Shown here: positions 31,101-41,057 of the stretch, in pieces
Layout of the letters: each line of letters starts with the position of its first letter
Numbering within the stretch: the first letter of the stretch is position 1
Assembly: GCA_040756875.1 (NCBI GenBank)
Contig: JBFLYH010000002.1
Location: 991,078 to 1,055,077 of the forward strand
Length of the DNA: 64,000 bases
Direction: 5' to 3'
From: a candidate division FCPU426 bacterium
Lineage (GTDB): Bacteria; Oederibacteriota; JAAXVQ01; JAUVAV01
The notes under the pieces: generated by a model
Seen by the model: only the letters and a program-made list of their open reading frames with translations
Databases searched by the model: none
Told to the model about the DNA's origin: nothing
Program-made: the position numbers and the translations under genes

Positions 31101-31705
31101 TGGCCGGCGGCTTGCACCGGCTGGACGCCCGGGCGGTTCACAGCGCCCCGGGCGAAAGGATCCTGTTCGCCTGGAGCTGCAGCCAGGATGTGCCGTACTA
31201 CCTCTATGACGAAGCGCACCAGAACCGGTTTGCCAAGGAGCCTGTCCCGAACACGCACCTGTTCACCTACCCCGAACCCAAAGGGCTCCTGGCCACTTTT
31301 TATTACAAACCGGACTGGACCGGCGGGATCGCCCGGCAAGTGGTGGAACCCGCCCTGTTCTACTTGTGGATGGGGCCGCCGTACGGCCTTAACATGCCCT
31401 TCTCAGCGGATTGGAAAGGCTGGATCGACATCGAAAAACCCGGCACGTACCAGTTCGGCGTGGACTGCAGCGGGTACTCGGATGTCACGATCGACGGCAT
31501 CCCGGTCGTCGTCCAGGGCGAGCCGCCTTTTTCCGGCGTTCCCCGCCTGCAGGGCCGCAATTCAGTCCAGCTGGCGGCCGGGCGCCATCCGGTGACTGTC
31601 CGCTGGTCGCAGCAGTACGGGCTGTTGTTCAGGTTCTGGTGGGTTCCGCCCGGCCAAAAGAAGGAAATCGTTCCCGTTTGGGTTCTGACGCCTCAGGACA
31701 AGTAA
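28106..31705 (+). CDS. PMT/ArnT-like GT-C glycosyltransferase with N-terminal membrane extension and two PA14 domains
   Basis: GIECDEA acidic loop, WHIHFSRYG, GD.R.RHN...P.LD, EAPQSHR; PA14-type GL.A.Y...W.G, W.G.I....G.Y.F, L.AG.H. Confidence 0.85.
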   Translation: MADKIKAAFEALKKSGINVSLRFVWLALAVGLIGLGQVNFFSRNLAAGMGLTLLGAVVLLLAAGESGKQAALLQRAGKWFGRAAERFSAFARARQKAEDLATGTAGQPAAKTNWKPLKTQFEETRRSWLAFAEETTFTAPKNLVMILGILLILAGQPFLVAEKFVLALILIIPGLYLLVNVIFAPQERYVIGRLDHIIRTVLFLIPGVGLIILGCMIHFQAVSLSLPREALGLGLNALGIFIIFSLFPRIIPDSFPESGDPVDQVTGRAANRTQVFMKIGLVALALVFFLASKHYANPATLNLSALMALLFLTAMSLSFPWSAEPRDQTSGENIVLKWLVKYLRLAAFGLGLYWAYRGQVLISHEQLYPGLYRFLAAAIAMWIALREPDPKYVDELKEKPLAWYWEALALVAILSAATWVRVHLLKDIPYGIECDEAGAGAHAVDVLQNHFSSLTIHPSGRPLFMLLDKVVTIRFFGIDNIGMKLGAAIWGTAGVFCVYLMTRFLFGTRAALATAALMACSRWHIHFSRYGWANTLMLVLQITGFYFIAKGIQTRNKWFFFLAGVGLTLSIHTETAARMVPFMCLGLLVYFVLFYKRFFRRNWQTLLVFLLGVWLAGASLFLFWVKQPRYLFNRVYEVSVFSGDANAPRNLVKGLVESTKLSLTQMNWHGDTRTRHNGGLSGEPVLDFWSAILFALGFGFSLYYWRRFRYTILLMWFFGSMAASIFALEAPQSHRAFGALPPIFMLMGAFIDRSRRLLRETLGKPGTLAGGLVLLLLLVPIAKINYKKYFDAYPGFDTACTAAAKYMGRVWPKAEQVIMSAYLWIGHPPFELYARGISGHFYFAASEAVPFRQQTDRDVNYTLILEYPEIMPTIQWYYPEGEYSEETHVRYGLQYRGWGVKHEIIQKYRGLNASYWSNPYWAGEPKLRRKDADLNLTFDQTTWPWNGPGSVKWEGTVFIPREGKYVFYLYGTNEVEVKVGSQVHLRAGNKQEQTYETYMAGGLHRLDARAVHSAPGERILFAWSCSQDVPYYLYDEAHQNRFAKEPVPNTHLFTYPEPKGLLATFYYKPDWTGGIARQVVEPALFYLWMGPPYGLNMPFSADWKGWIDIEKPGTYQFGVDCSGYSDVTIDGIPVVVQGEPPFSGVPRLQGRNSVQLAAGRHPVTVRWSQQYGLLFRFWWVPPGQKKEIVPVWVLTPQDK

Positions 31706-31707
31706 GC

Positions 31708-32985
31708 ATGGCCGCGGAACGGAAGGAAGGCTTGGTCGGCGTCTCCCTGCTGCTGTTCCTGCTGACCATGGGGAACAGCGTCTGCGGCTTTGCGCTCCAC
31801 GCCGTGGCCAGCCGCGTGCTGGGCCCGGAGGACTATGGCGCCTTCGTAAGCCTGCTGGCCCTGCTGATGATCCTGGCCGTGCCCAGCCAGGCGGTGCAAA
31901 TGATCGTCGCCAAACAGATCACGCTCGAGTTGATCCAGAACCAGCTGCGCCGCGCCGTCGTCCTGACCTGGCAGGCGGTGCGCTGGTCGGCGGCCGCCGG
32001 AATGCTGTTGTGGCTGGCCGTGACGCTCGCCCTGCCGGTCCTGAAATCCTTCCTGCACCTGCCTTCCGCGTCCCCCCTCCTGGCGGTCGGCGCCGCGATC
32101 GTCCTGACGCTGATCACCCCGGTGCTGCGCGGTTTTCTGCAAGGCACTCAGCGTTTCCAGGCTTTGGGCTGGAACTTCTTTTTAGAGGGCGTGGGGCGTC
32201 TGGCCTGGGGCGCACTGTTTCTGCTGGTGGGGTGGGGCGTCCTGGGCGCGGTCCTGGCCAGCGCCGCCGGCGCCTTGACGGCCGCGCTGATCGCCGTCTG
32301 GCTGCTGGGCGCCGCAGCCAAGGGCCTGGACCGGAACGGCCCGGAGCAGCCGGCCGCCCGGACGTCGCTGGGGCTGCAGGATTACGGCTGGCTGGTGCTG
32401 GTCACCATGGCCGCGTTTTTCGCCCTGTCCAACCTGGACGTGCTGATCGTCAAACACCTCTTTCCGCAGGCCGACGCCGGATATTATTCGGCCGGTTCTC
32501 TGATCGGCAAGGCGTTTCTGTTCCTGCCCTACACCTTTGCCCAGGTCCTGTTTCCGAAAGCCAGCCGCCACCATGCCCTGGGCGAGAGCACCCTCTCCCT
32601 GTTGAACCGCAGCCTGCTGTACACGGCCGCGGCCCTGCTGCTGGGGATGATTGCGGTCTACGCGCTGGCGCCGGTCCTGCTGTCGGTGCTGTTCGGGCCG
32701 GAATACAACAATCCCACCACCCTGCGCATGATCCGCTATTTCGGCGCGGCCATGACGCCGCTGGCCCTGGTATACGTGATGATGCAGTACAGCCTGGCGC
32801 TTAAAAACGCCGAGTTGTCCCTGCTGATGCTGGCGGATCTTCCGGTCTTCATTATCCTGCTCATGACTCTGCCCCGCAGCCTGGAAGGCGTACTCCTGGC
32901 CATGGGCTTGAATTTCCTGATCCTGGCGGCGGCCGGCTACGCGGCCATCCGGGCCAAGGCGCAGCCCCTGGCCGCGAAAGCCTAG
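31708..32985 (+). CDS. Oligosaccharide flippase (Wzx/MOP family)
   Basis: SRVLGPEDYG, RGFLQG.QRF, NLDVLIVK, AGYYSA, LFPKAS; about 12 TM. Confidence 0.88.
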   Translation: MAAERKEGLVGVSLLLFLLTMGNSVCGFALHAVASRVLGPEDYGAFVSLLALLMILAVPSQAVQMIVAKQITLELIQNQLRRAVVLTWQAVRWSAAAGMLLWLAVTLALPVLKSFLHLPSASPLLAVGAAIVLTLITPVLRGFLQGTQRFQALGWNFFLEGVGRLAWGALFLLVGWGVLGAVLASAAGALTAALIAVWLLGAAAKGLDRNGPEQPAARTSLGLQDYGWLVLVTMAAFFALSNLDVLIVKHLFPQADAGYYSAGSLIGKAFLFLPYTFAQVLFPKASRHHALGESTLSLLNRSLLYTAAALLLGMIAVYALAPVLLSVLFGPEYNNPTTLRMIRYFGAAMTPLALVYVMMQYSLALKNAELSLLMLADLPVFIILLMTLPRSLEGVLLAMGLNFLILAAAGYAAIRAKAQPLAAKA

Positions 32986-32998
32986 AGGGAGGCGGCGC

Positions 32999-33853
32999 AT
33001 GGACCCCCTTCGCCCGCAGGATGCCGGCGTGGACGTCACCCTGGTCATTCCGGCTTATAATGTGGAAACCCGCATCGTGCCCCTGCTCCAGTCGGCCCGG
33101 GACCAGCAGGGAGCGAAGGTTGAGACCCTGGTGGTCGACGATGCGTCGACCGACCGCACGGCCGAGGTGGCCGAGCACTGGGGCGCGCGGGTCGTGCGCA
33201 ACGAGGTCAACCTGGACCGCTCGGAGGCCCGCAACGTGGGGGCCCGGGCGGCGCGGGGCAAATACATCTGGTTCATCGATTCGGACATGGAACTGACCCC
33301 GGGCATCGCGCAGGCGGCTTGGGAGGCCTGCGAACGCGAACAGCTGGACGGGCTGGTCATTCCGGAGCGCATCCGGCCGGCGAACCTGTGGGCCAAGAGC
33401 CGCAACCTGGAATTTATCATCAACGACAGCGACGAGGAGCGCTTTGTCCTGCGCTTCGTCCGCCGGGACTTCTTCCTGCAAACCAAGGGGTTCGACGCCA
33501 GCCTGATCGCGGCCGAGGATTACGACTACCACCGCCGCATGCTGGACCATGGCGCCCGTTACCGGCTGCTGACAGGCTGGCACGTCTGGCACCACGAGCT
33601 GACCTCCATGCGGCGGGTGCTGAAAAAGTACTATTACTACGGGCTGACCATGTCGCTGTACATCCGGCGGCACAAGCAGCTGGCCGTGCGGCAGTTCTCG
33701 TTTCCCCGGCGCGGCTACCTTAAGCGGCTGGACCTGCTGCTGGGCCATCCCTGGCTGACGGCGAGCCTTTTTTTCTTCAAGACCCTCCAGTACGCGGCCG
33801 GCTTGGCGGGCATTGTGATGGCCTGGCTGGGATGGGACCGGGCGAAAAAATGA
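32999..33853 (+). CDS. Glycosyltransferase family 2
   Basis: VIPAYN, VVDDASTD, ARN.G, FIDSD, AEDYD. Confidence 0.9.
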   Translation: MDPLRPQDAGVDVTLVIPAYNVETRIVPLLQSARDQQGAKVETLVVDDASTDRTAEVAEHWGARVVRNEVNLDRSEARNVGARAARGKYIWFIDSDMELTPGIAQAAWEACEREQLDGLVIPERIRPANLWAKSRNLEFIINDSDEERFVLRFVRRDFFLQTKGFDASLIAAEDYDYHRRMLDHGARYRLLTGWHVWHHELTSMRRVLKKYYYYGLTMSLYIRRHKQLAVRQFSFPRRGYLKRLDLLLGHPWLTASLFFFKTLQYAAGLAGIVMAWLGWDRAKK

Positions 33854-34995
33854 GGCCCGCGCCCGCGTATTTCATCGCCTGCCATATCGGAGACGACTAC
33901 GGACCGCAGTTCGCCCTGCGCAACCACCTGGTCAAGCGGCGGGCGTCGTTCGTGTTTGTCACCTGCCCGTTCGATTTCGCCCGGGTTCCGGCCGCGCGGC
34001 TCGAACGGTACGAACAGGGGCAGTGCGTGGAAACCGTCGTCGGGCACGCCAACCGGAGCAAAGGGGTGGTCAGCTGGGTCAAGGACGTGCTGTTCGTGCT
34101 GGCCGCGGGCTTGCGCTGGTGCGGGCGCCGGACCCAGTTCATCGGCATCAACAACCTGCACGCCTCGGTGGGGGTGTTGCTCCGCTGGCTGAAGCGCTGC
34201 CAAAGCGTGGTGTACTACATCGTGGACTACACGCCGCGGCGCTTTCCCTCGCGGGTGCTGAACCTGGTCTACCAGCGGCTGGCCCGGTTCGCGGGCCGGC
34301 ACGCGGATTGCCTGTGGGCCGTGTCGGAGCGGATCAAGCGGGTCTATACGGCCTGGGGGGCCGCGGAGCCGGCCAGCCTGGTGGTTCCCATCGGCCTGGA
34401 CCCCGAGGACATCAGCGTGGCCGAACCCGGCCAGGTGGAGCGCAACACGCTGGTGGTCGTCAGCACGCTCTTCGAGAACAAGGGGGTCCAGCTGGCCATC
34501 GAGGCGCTGCCGGCCCTGCCCGGGGCGCGGCTGAAAATCATCGGCGTGGGCCCGTACGCCGACGCCCTGCGCGGCCTGGCCCGGTCCCGGGAAGTGGAAG
34601 ACCGGGTGGCGTTCCTCGGGCATCTGGACCGCAAGGCGCTGTTCGCGGAGGTGGCGCGCAGCCGTATCGCCCTGGCGACGTACGTGGCCGACGCGGCCAA
34701 CTATTCCTACTACGCGGATTCAGCCAAGCCGAAGGAGTATCTGGCCTGCGGCGTGCCGACGGTCATTACCCGGGTGCCCTGGATCGCCGAACTTATTGCG
34801 GAAAAACCCATGGGTCTTGCGATAGAATATCGGGTCGAGGAACTGGTCGCGGCCTGCCGCCGCCTGTTCGAGGACGACGCCTTGTGGCGGACCTGCCGCG
34901 AGAACGCCCTGCGTTTCTCGCAGGGGCAGACCTGGGAGGCCATTTACGACGCGGCCCTGTCCCGGACCGGGGCCGGGCGCGGGAGGACGGCATGA
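33850..34995 (+). CDS. Glycosyltransferase family 4 (GT-B)
   Basis: ATGA overlap; KGVQLAI, IIG.GP, FLG, KPKEYLACGVPTV. Confidence 0.88.
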   Translation: MRPAPAYFIACHIGDDYGPQFALRNHLVKRRASFVFVTCPFDFARVPAARLERYEQGQCVETVVGHANRSKGVVSWVKDVLFVLAAGLRWCGRRTQFIGINNLHASVGVLLRWLKRCQSVVYYIVDYTPRRFPSRVLNLVYQRLARFAGRHADCLWAVSERIKRVYTAWGAAEPASLVVPIGLDPEDISVAEPGQVERNTLVVVSTLFENKGVQLAIEALPALPGARLKIIGVGPYADALRGLARSREVEDRVAFLGHLDRKALFAEVARSRIALATYVADAANYSYYADSAKPKEYLACGVPTVITRVPWIAELIAEKPMGLAIEYRVEELVAACRRLFEDDALWRTCRENALRFSQGQTWEAIYDAALSRTGAGRGRTA

Positions 34996-35765
34996 ACCCG
35001 TTTAAACGGCTGCTCAAATGGTACGCGCCCATGGCCTTCGGCGACGGGTTGAACCGCTGCAATCAGCTGGCCCTGCGGCTGGCGCGGCGGGAGCCGTGGC
35101 AGCGGCTGCTGGATGTCGGCTGCGGTGACGGGGAACTGACCGCGAAATTCCTCGCGGGCGCGTCCGGCCGCCGGGCGGACGGCATCGAATACGTCGCCGC
35201 GCTGCACGAGGCGGCCGGACGGCGGGGGATCGCCTGCCGCAGCCTGGACGTCAACCTGCCGTGGACCGGCGTCGGCGATTCGGCCTACGACCTGGTGCTG
35301 TCCAGCCAGAACATCGAGCACGTGCACAACACGCGCCTGTACCTGGAGGAGTGCCGCCGCTGCCTGAAACCCGGGGGGAGGCTGCTGGTGCTGACCGAAA
35401 ACCTGGCCTCCTGGATCAACATCGGCGCGCTGCTGTTCGGGTGGCAGCCCTTCTCGACCACCAACATCGACGGCTGGAGCGTCGGCAATCCCTGCGTGTG
35501 GCACGCCGACGAGCCGAAGGACATGGCTTTCGTCGAGGAGCAGAAAAAGCACGGCGTGACCGGGACCACCGGCCACATCCGGGTGTGGACCCGCGCCGGC
35601 CTGGCGGATCTCCTGAAACGCGTGGGCTTTGAGGATGTCCGGCTCTACGGACGGGGGTATTTGCCGTTTTGGGGCTGGCTGTCGGACTGCCTGAGCGCGC
35701 TGGACGGCCGGCACAGCCATTTTCTCGTCGCCAGCGCCCGGAAGCCGGGCGGAGCGCCGGCCTAA
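34992..35765 (+). CDS. Class I SAM-dependent methyltransferase
   Basis: LLDVGCGDG, YDLV...IEHV, LKPGG. Confidence 0.88.
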   Translation: MNPFKRLLKWYAPMAFGDGLNRCNQLALRLARREPWQRLLDVGCGDGELTAKFLAGASGRRADGIEYVAALHEAAGRRGIACRSLDVNLPWTGVGDSAYDLVLSSQNIEHVHNTRLYLEECRRCLKPGGRLLVLTENLASWINIGALLFGWQPFSTTNIDGWSVGNPCVWHADEPKDMAFVEEQKKHGVTGTTGHIRVWTRAGLADLLKRVGFEDVRLYGRGYLPFWGWLSDCLSALDGRHSHFLVASARKPGGAPA

Positions 35766-35822
35766 GGCGGCCGGAAAGGCTCCGCAGCACGTCCATTCTG
35801 AAGCAAAGGGGGATGAACCCGC

Positions 35823-36791
35823 ATGCCTTCCCAGCCCCGCTCCGGAACGGCCAAACCCCGCTTGGTGGTGGTGGCGCCGTTCTACAATGAGCAGGAAGTG
35901 CTTCCCGAAACCGCCAAGCGTCTGACGGCGGTGCTTGACCAGTTGAAGCGGAAGGGGCGGATATCGCCCCAGAGCCACCTGCTGTTCGTGGACGACGGCA
36001 GCGAGGACGGCACCTGGAACCGGCTGAAAGAGCTGAAGAAGCGCCAGCCGTCCCTGGCCGCGCTGCGCCTATCGCGGAACTGCGGGCATCAGAACGCCTT
36101 GATGGCCGGATTGATGGCCGCGCGCACGCAAGCGGACTGCGTCATTTCCATCGACGGGGACCTGCAGCAGGACGAAAACGCGATCCCGGCGTTCGTGGAG
36201 AAGTACCGCGAGGGCTATGACCTCGTGTACGGCGTGCGCAAGAACCGGAGCACGGACTCGTTTTTCAAACGGGCGACCGCGGAGATATTCTACCGGTTCA
36301 TGCACATGCTGGGCGTGCGGGTGATCCGCAACCACGCGGATTACCGGCTGGCCAGCCGGCGGGCGCTCGACGCCCTGGCCGAGCACGGCGAGACCATGCT
36401 GTTCCTGCGGGGGATTTTCACCACCCTGGGGTTTAAAAGCACGGTCGTCTACCACGACGTGCGCGAACGGTACGCCGGCGCCTCGAAGTACTCGGTGCGC
36501 AAAATGATGTCCTTCGCGCTGAACGGCATCACCTCGTTCACGTTCAGCCCCATCCGCTTCGTGAGTTTTCTGGGGCTGGGAGTGGTCGCGGCCAGCATCG
36601 TGGTGGGCATCCTGACCTGGCTGCTGACCAAGCCCGGCCAGGTCATTGATTTTAAAATCATCCTGTTTTTCGCGATCTACTTCCTGGGCGGCGTGCAGCT
36701 GGTCTGCCTGGGCGTGATCGGCGAATACGTGGGCAAGGTGTACGTGGAAGTGAAGAAGCGCCCCAAATACATCGTCGCCGAGGAGTTCTGA
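35823..36791 (+). CDS. Polyprenol-phosphate glycosyltransferase (GtrB/ArnC/DPM-synthase-like GT2)
   Basis: P.YNE, VDDGS.D, LSRN.GHQ.AL.AG, IDGDLQ, DYRL, two C-terminal TM, GEYVGK.Y.EVK.RP.YIV. Confidence 0.92.
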   Translation: MPSQPRSGTAKPRLVVVAPFYNEQEVLPETAKRLTAVLDQLKRKGRISPQSHLLFVDDGSEDGTWNRLKELKKRQPSLAALRLSRNCGHQNALMAGLMAARTQADCVISIDGDLQQDENAIPAFVEKYREGYDLVYGVRKNRSTDSFFKRATAEIFYRFMHMLGVRVIRNHADYRLASRRALDALAEHGETMLFLRGIFTTLGFKSTVVYHDVRERYAGASKYSVRKMMSFALNGITSFTFSPIRFVSFLGLGVVAASIVVGILTWLLTKPGQVIDFKIILFFAIYFLGGVQLVCLGVIGEYVGKVYVEVKKRPKYIVAEEF

Positions 36792-36794
36792 TCC

Positions 36795-37433
36795 GTGCGT
36801 CCCATGGAGCGGTTGTACCTGGACCGGCTTTTCCGCCGGGTGGAGGGCTTGCTGGCGGCCGGCGGCCTGAGGCCGGGCGCCTCGGTGCTGGATATGGGCT
36901 GCGGCGTCGGCCTCGACGCGGAATATCTGCTGGAGCGCGGTTTTCAGGTCACGGGCCTGGATGTGGAGCGGCACGACGGCGACTGGAAGGCCCTGGCCGG
37001 CCGCGGCATCCGTTTTGAATGCGCTTCAGCCGAGGACCTGCCGTATCCGGACGACAGTTTCGACGCCGTGTGGATCAAGGACGCGCTGCACCACATGCAA
37101 CAGCCGGAACGGGCGCTGGCCGAAGCGCGCCGCGTGGCCAAGCCGGGCGGGCCGGTCATCGTGATCGAAGCCAACCGGTACAACCCGGTTTTTTACTTCC
37201 ACCTGACGCTGTTCGGCGGGCACCAGCACTTCTCGCGGCGCCGGTTCAGGCAATTGCTGGGCACGGCTGCGGGCGACTACGCCCTGGCCCGGGCCGAGAG
37301 CCGCTGCCTGCCCTGGGACGCCGCCTGGCTGCGGGCCCTGCTGGGCTGGTTCGAGGACCGGGTGGAAGGCTGTCCGCTCCTCGCGCCGTGGCTCACGTAT
37401 CAGATCGCAGTAATAAAAGGCGGGGCAGCATGA
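36795..37433 (+). CDS. Class I SAM-dependent methyltransferase
   Basis: VLDMGCGVG, AEDLPYPDDSFD, LHH, RVAKPGG. Confidence 0.88.
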   Translation: MRPMERLYLDRLFRRVEGLLAAGGLRPGASVLDMGCGVGLDAEYLLERGFQVTGLDVERHDGDWKALAGRGIRFECASAEDLPYPDDSFDAVWIKDALHHMQQPERALAEARRVAKPGGPVIVIEANRYNPVFYFHLTLFGGHQHFSRRRFRQLLGTAAGDYALARAESRCLPWDAAWLRALLGWFEDRVEGCPLLAPWLTYQIAVIKGGAA

Positions 37434-38227
37434 AACATCGATGGCTGCGCGGGCTCTACCATTGGGCCTACCAGTTTGGCTGGGACGGTTTGCGCTGGCT
37501 GCAGGCCTGGCGGGGCCTGCCGGCGTTCCTGCGCAACCGGGCGCGCTTCAAGCGCCAGTGGAAACGAACTCCGTCTCCCTTTGCCTGGGGCAAGCTGAGG
37601 CCCTGCCCGGCCGACCGCTTTGCCGACGCCGGCCAGGCCCGCGGGCATTACTTCCACCAGGACCTGTGGGCAGCCCAGCGCCTCTTTGCCAACCAGCCGG
37701 ACCAGCACGTGGACGCCGGCTCGCGCGTGGACGGCTTCGTGGCGCACGTGGCCTCGTTCCGCGAACTCGAGGTCTGGGATCTGCGGCCCCAGCCCGGGCC
37801 CCTGCCGCGCAATCTCCGTTTCCGGCGGCAGGATCTGACCCAGCGGCCCTGGCCTTTGAACGGATACTGCGGCTCGCTCTCCTGCCTGAGCGTGCTCGAA
37901 CACCTGGGGCTGGGGCGCTACGGCGATGCCGTGGACCCGGAGGCTTATCTGGCCGGCTGGGAGAACCTGCACGCCGCGCTGAAACCTGGGGGGCGGCTGT
38001 ATTTCTCCGTGCCCATCGGGCCGGGCCGCATCGAGTTCGACGCGCACCGCGTGTTTGATTTGAGTTATTTGCTGCCGCTGATCGAGGAAAAATACCTCGT
38101 CGAAGCCCTGGCGTATGTGAACGACGAGGGCGATTTGGTGGAGCCGGCGGGCCGGGACCAAGGGGCGGAACGCGCCAGCTTCGGCTGCTGGTTCGGCTGC
38201 GGACTGTTTGTGTTGAAGAAAAAATAG
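37430..38227 (+). CDS. DUF268-like methyltransferase-fold protein
   Basis: GHYFHQDL, HVD.GSRVDGFVAHVAS, SCL..LEH.GLGRYGD, F.AHR. Confidence 0.8.
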   Translation: MKHRWLRGLYHWAYQFGWDGLRWLQAWRGLPAFLRNRARFKRQWKRTPSPFAWGKLRPCPADRFADAGQARGHYFHQDLWAAQRLFANQPDQHVDAGSRVDGFVAHVASFRELEVWDLRPQPGPLPRNLRFRRQDLTQRPWPLNGYCGSLSCLSVLEHLGLGRYGDAVDPEAYLAGWENLHAALKPGGRLYFSVPIGPGRIEFDAHRVFDLSYLLPLIEEKYLVEALAYVNDEGDLVEPAGRDQGAERASFGCWFGCGLFVLKKK

Positions 38228-38243
38228 GACTGCCAAGCTCAAG

Positions 38244-38271
38244 GTAGGGGCGTTCAATTGAACGCCCCTAC
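38244..38271. repeat. GTAG-type REP palindrome, copy 1
   Basis: Perfect 28-bp palindrome GTAGGGGCGTTCAATTGAACGCCCCTAC; identical copy at 62118-62145. Confidence 0.85.
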
Positions 38272-38304
38272 AAAACGAAAACCCACCGAAAGGAAGAAAC
38301 ATCC

Positions 38305-41046
38305 ATGTCCCGCGTTTCCTGGGGCGCCCTTAGCCTGGGCGCCCTTTTCCTGATCGGCCAGGTGGTGATACTGGCCGGAAATCCGCCGCTGGGAGGCGCT
38401 GCCAGCCTCCTGGCCGTGGCGCTCAGCCTCGGCTGGTGGCTGAAGCGTTCCGGCAAGCCCATTGCGCCCTGGGTCGCGGTGGCGGCCCTGGGCTGTGCGG
38501 CCTGGGCCCAGGCCCTGGTGAAAGCCGAGCCCAAGGACGCGCTGTGGCTGTTTATTTTGTCCGGCCTGCTGCTTTTTTTGGCCAAGCCCGCCGGGCTTGG
38601 CTGGAAAGAGGACGGCGCCGTGCCGTCCGGGCGAGCGCCCCTGGAAAAATGGGAACCCTGGTTTGTGCTGGGGTTGCTGGGGCTGGCAATAGTGACGCGC
38701 TTCGTACCGATCAACGGTTTTCCCTTTGGGTCCATCGCCGAGGAAGCCCAGCACGTGCCCGTGCTCGAGGGCGCCATGGCCAGCCAGGTTTACGTGCCGC
38801 ATTTCACGCACGGCAATATGGGCACACCCACCCTGATGAGCTACCTCGGCGCGGCCGCGTCCCGCGTTTTTGGCCGGCACATCAACAGCTACCGCATGGG
38901 CGTGGAGTTGTTCAGCGTCTTTTCCATCCTGGCCTTCTATTTCACAGCCCGGCGGGCAAGTTCGCCTTTCACGGCCGCGGTCACCAGCATCCTCTATTCG
39001 GTCTCCCTCTTGCACCTCACGCTCTCGCGGCGTTTTTATCCCTACATCGTGATTTTTTTACCCGTGGTCCTGGGCTGGGGGCTGTGGCTGGAGGGGCTGG
39101 CGCGCAGGCGCTGGTACTGGTTTTTCCTGGCCGGCCTGGCCGCGGGATTCAGCCTGCACGGCTATGAACCGGGCCGGGGTGTGTTTCTGATCTTTTTAGC
39201 CTGGGCTGCCTGGATGTGGCTGGCCCACCGCCCCCGCCGGATGGTGAAGGGACTCACCCCAGGGGACTCCCTGCAGCCGGCTTCGCCTGGCCCCGCCCTG
39301 CCCTCTGGCCGGGACTTCGCCCTGTTTTGGGTGGGGTTCCTCATAGTCGCCGGTCCGATTTTTTATCATATGAGCGTGCATTGGGACAATTACTGGCACT
39401 ATGTGGCCAGCAAGAACCCCAACCGCACGCAAACACTGGCTGCGTATGTCAAGCAGGTGTGGTCCTTGGTCGGCGTTTATGCGCACTTGTTCCAGGTTAA
39501 GAGCGACGGCAATTACACGATGTACACCACCTACCAGCCCCTGCTTGACCCAGTGACCAGCGCCCTGTTCGGGCTGAGCTTCTTTTTCGTGCTGGCCCGC
39601 GCCTGGCAGCCCATGCCTTCCTTTGTCCTGCTGTTCTTTTTCGCCGGCCTGGCGCCTGCGCTGATCGGCGGCGGGGAGGAGCATCCGACCGCCCGCCGCA
39701 CCTGCCTGGCCACCCCGGCCATCTATCTCATCATAGCCTTGGGCCTGGAGCGCCTGCGGCTGCTTTTCCGTCAGGGCCTGCCGTCCTGGGGGCGCAGGAT
39801 CTTGCTGGCCGCGGCTGTTTTCCTGACCGCGGGCGTGGCCGCCTATTCGCTGCATTACTACTTCTTCGTGTTCGGCGACTCGCCCGAGGCGCGGACCGGG
39901 TATTGCTGGCGCGGCTTGAAGATCGCCCAGGCCCTGGACGCCCATCCCAAGGCGTACAGCCGGCTGCAACCCCTGTTGTATCACGAACAGATTTGGGTGC
40001 TGGCCAAGCACCCCGGACAACCCGGGCTAGTGCCCACCCAGGAGGACCTGCTGGTGCTGGCGCCTGACCAGGACCAGCAGCTCTTTTTGGAAGGCTACAT
40101 GGAGCCGACCCTGCCGTTTTGGCGCTCCCAATTTCCCAACGCGCAGGTCACCGTTTACCGGGAGAAATATCCGGACCGGCCCTTTTGCGAGACCTGGCCG
40201 TACTTCAAACTGGGCACGGATCCCAACAATCCGGCCACGTACTTGATCCAGATCAACATTCCCAGGCAGGACGTGGCGTTTTTCCAAATGCTGGTGGACG
40301 CCACCACCGGACAGCACCTGCCGGTCTGGAATCCCGAGTTCGGAGCCGGACTGGTTCCCGGCCAGCGCCTGCGCCTGGCCGGCGCGGTGGTCACCCATCC
40401 TGGAGCGGTTTATTCCTGGAAACTGGGCTGGCTTGGCTGGCAAATAACCGTGGACAAAAAACCCGCGGAGTGGAGCCAAGACATCCCTCTGGACCAGGGC
40501 GTGCACTATTTCGAAATTTCCGGGCCGGTTCCTGCCGGCTGCGAGGGTCCGCTGCCCCTGGTGGTGCTGGAAAACGGCCGCAATGTGCAGCGCCTGGGGA
40601 GCGTGGTGGGGTTGCCCGCCAGGCAGGGCATGCTGGCCGAATACCGCAACAGTCCCAGCCGCTGGGACGGGCCGGCTGAGGTTACCAGCCAAAAGCTATT
40701 CGGCCAGGAGCGATTCTACAGCGTACCTCCGGGCTTTGGGCTGCCGTTGTCGGCGATTTACCGCTGCCGGCTGCAGGTGCCCGAGGACGGCGAGTATTCT
40801 TTCGAGACCAAGCATTTTTCGCGCTGCCGGCTGCTGCTCGACGGCCGCGAAGCTTTCAATAACTTCAACAATGTACAGGCGCCCGTGATCACGCCCATGG
40901 CCCTCGCCGCCGGCAAGCCGGTTGCGCTTGAAGCCCAGTTCATCGTCGAGGGCGAAACCCTGACCATGACTTTTCAGCTTTTTTACCGCCGTCCGGGCCA
41001 AAAACAGGCGCAATGGGTGCCCATGGAGTGGCTCCGGTTGCCTTGA
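38305..41046 (+). CDS. PMT/ArnT-like GT-C glycosyltransferase with C-terminal PA14 domain(s)
   Basis: IAEEA acidic loop, LSR, P.LDPVT.ALFGL, PTARR; C-terminal GML.EY...W.G, VPEDGEYSF, VP.EWL. Confidence 0.8.
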   Translation: MSRVSWGALSLGALFLIGQVVILAGNPPLGGAASLLAVALSLGWWLKRSGKPIAPWVAVAALGCAAWAQALVKAEPKDALWLFILSGLLLFLAKPAGLGWKEDGAVPSGRAPLEKWEPWFVLGLLGLAIVTRFVPINGFPFGSIAEEAQHVPVLEGAMASQVYVPHFTHGNMGTPTLMSYLGAAASRVFGRHINSYRMGVELFSVFSILAFYFTARRASSPFTAAVTSILYSVSLLHLTLSRRFYPYIVIFLPVVLGWGLWLEGLARRRWYWFFLAGLAAGFSLHGYEPGRGVFLIFLAWAAWMWLAHRPRRMVKGLTPGDSLQPASPGPALPSGRDFALFWVGFLIVAGPIFYHMSVHWDNYWHYVASKNPNRTQTLAAYVKQVWSLVGVYAHLFQVKSDGNYTMYTTYQPLLDPVTSALFGLSFFFVLARAWQPMPSFVLLFFFAGLAPALIGGGEEHPTARRTCLATPAIYLIIALGLERLRLLFRQGLPSWGRRILLAAAVFLTAGVAAYSLHYYFFVFGDSPEARTGYCWRGLKIAQALDAHPKAYSRLQPLLYHEQIWVLAKHPGQPGLVPTQEDLLVLAPDQDQQLFLEGYMEPTLPFWRSQFPNAQVTVYREKYPDRPFCETWPYFKLGTDPNNPATYLIQINIPRQDVAFFQMLVDATTGQHLPVWNPEFGAGLVPGQRLRLAGAVVTHPGAVYSWKLGWLGWQITVDKKPAEWSQDIPLDQGVHYFEISGPVPAGCEGPLPLVVLENGRNVQRLGSVVGLPARQGMLAEYRNSPSRWDGPAEVTSQKLFGQERFYSVPPGFGLPLSAIYRCRLQVPEDGEYSFETKHFSRCRLLLDGREAFNNFNNVQAPVITPMALAAGKPVALEAQFIVEGETLTMTFQLFYRRPGQKQAQWVPMEWLRLP

Positions 41047-41057
41047 CGATGAAAGAC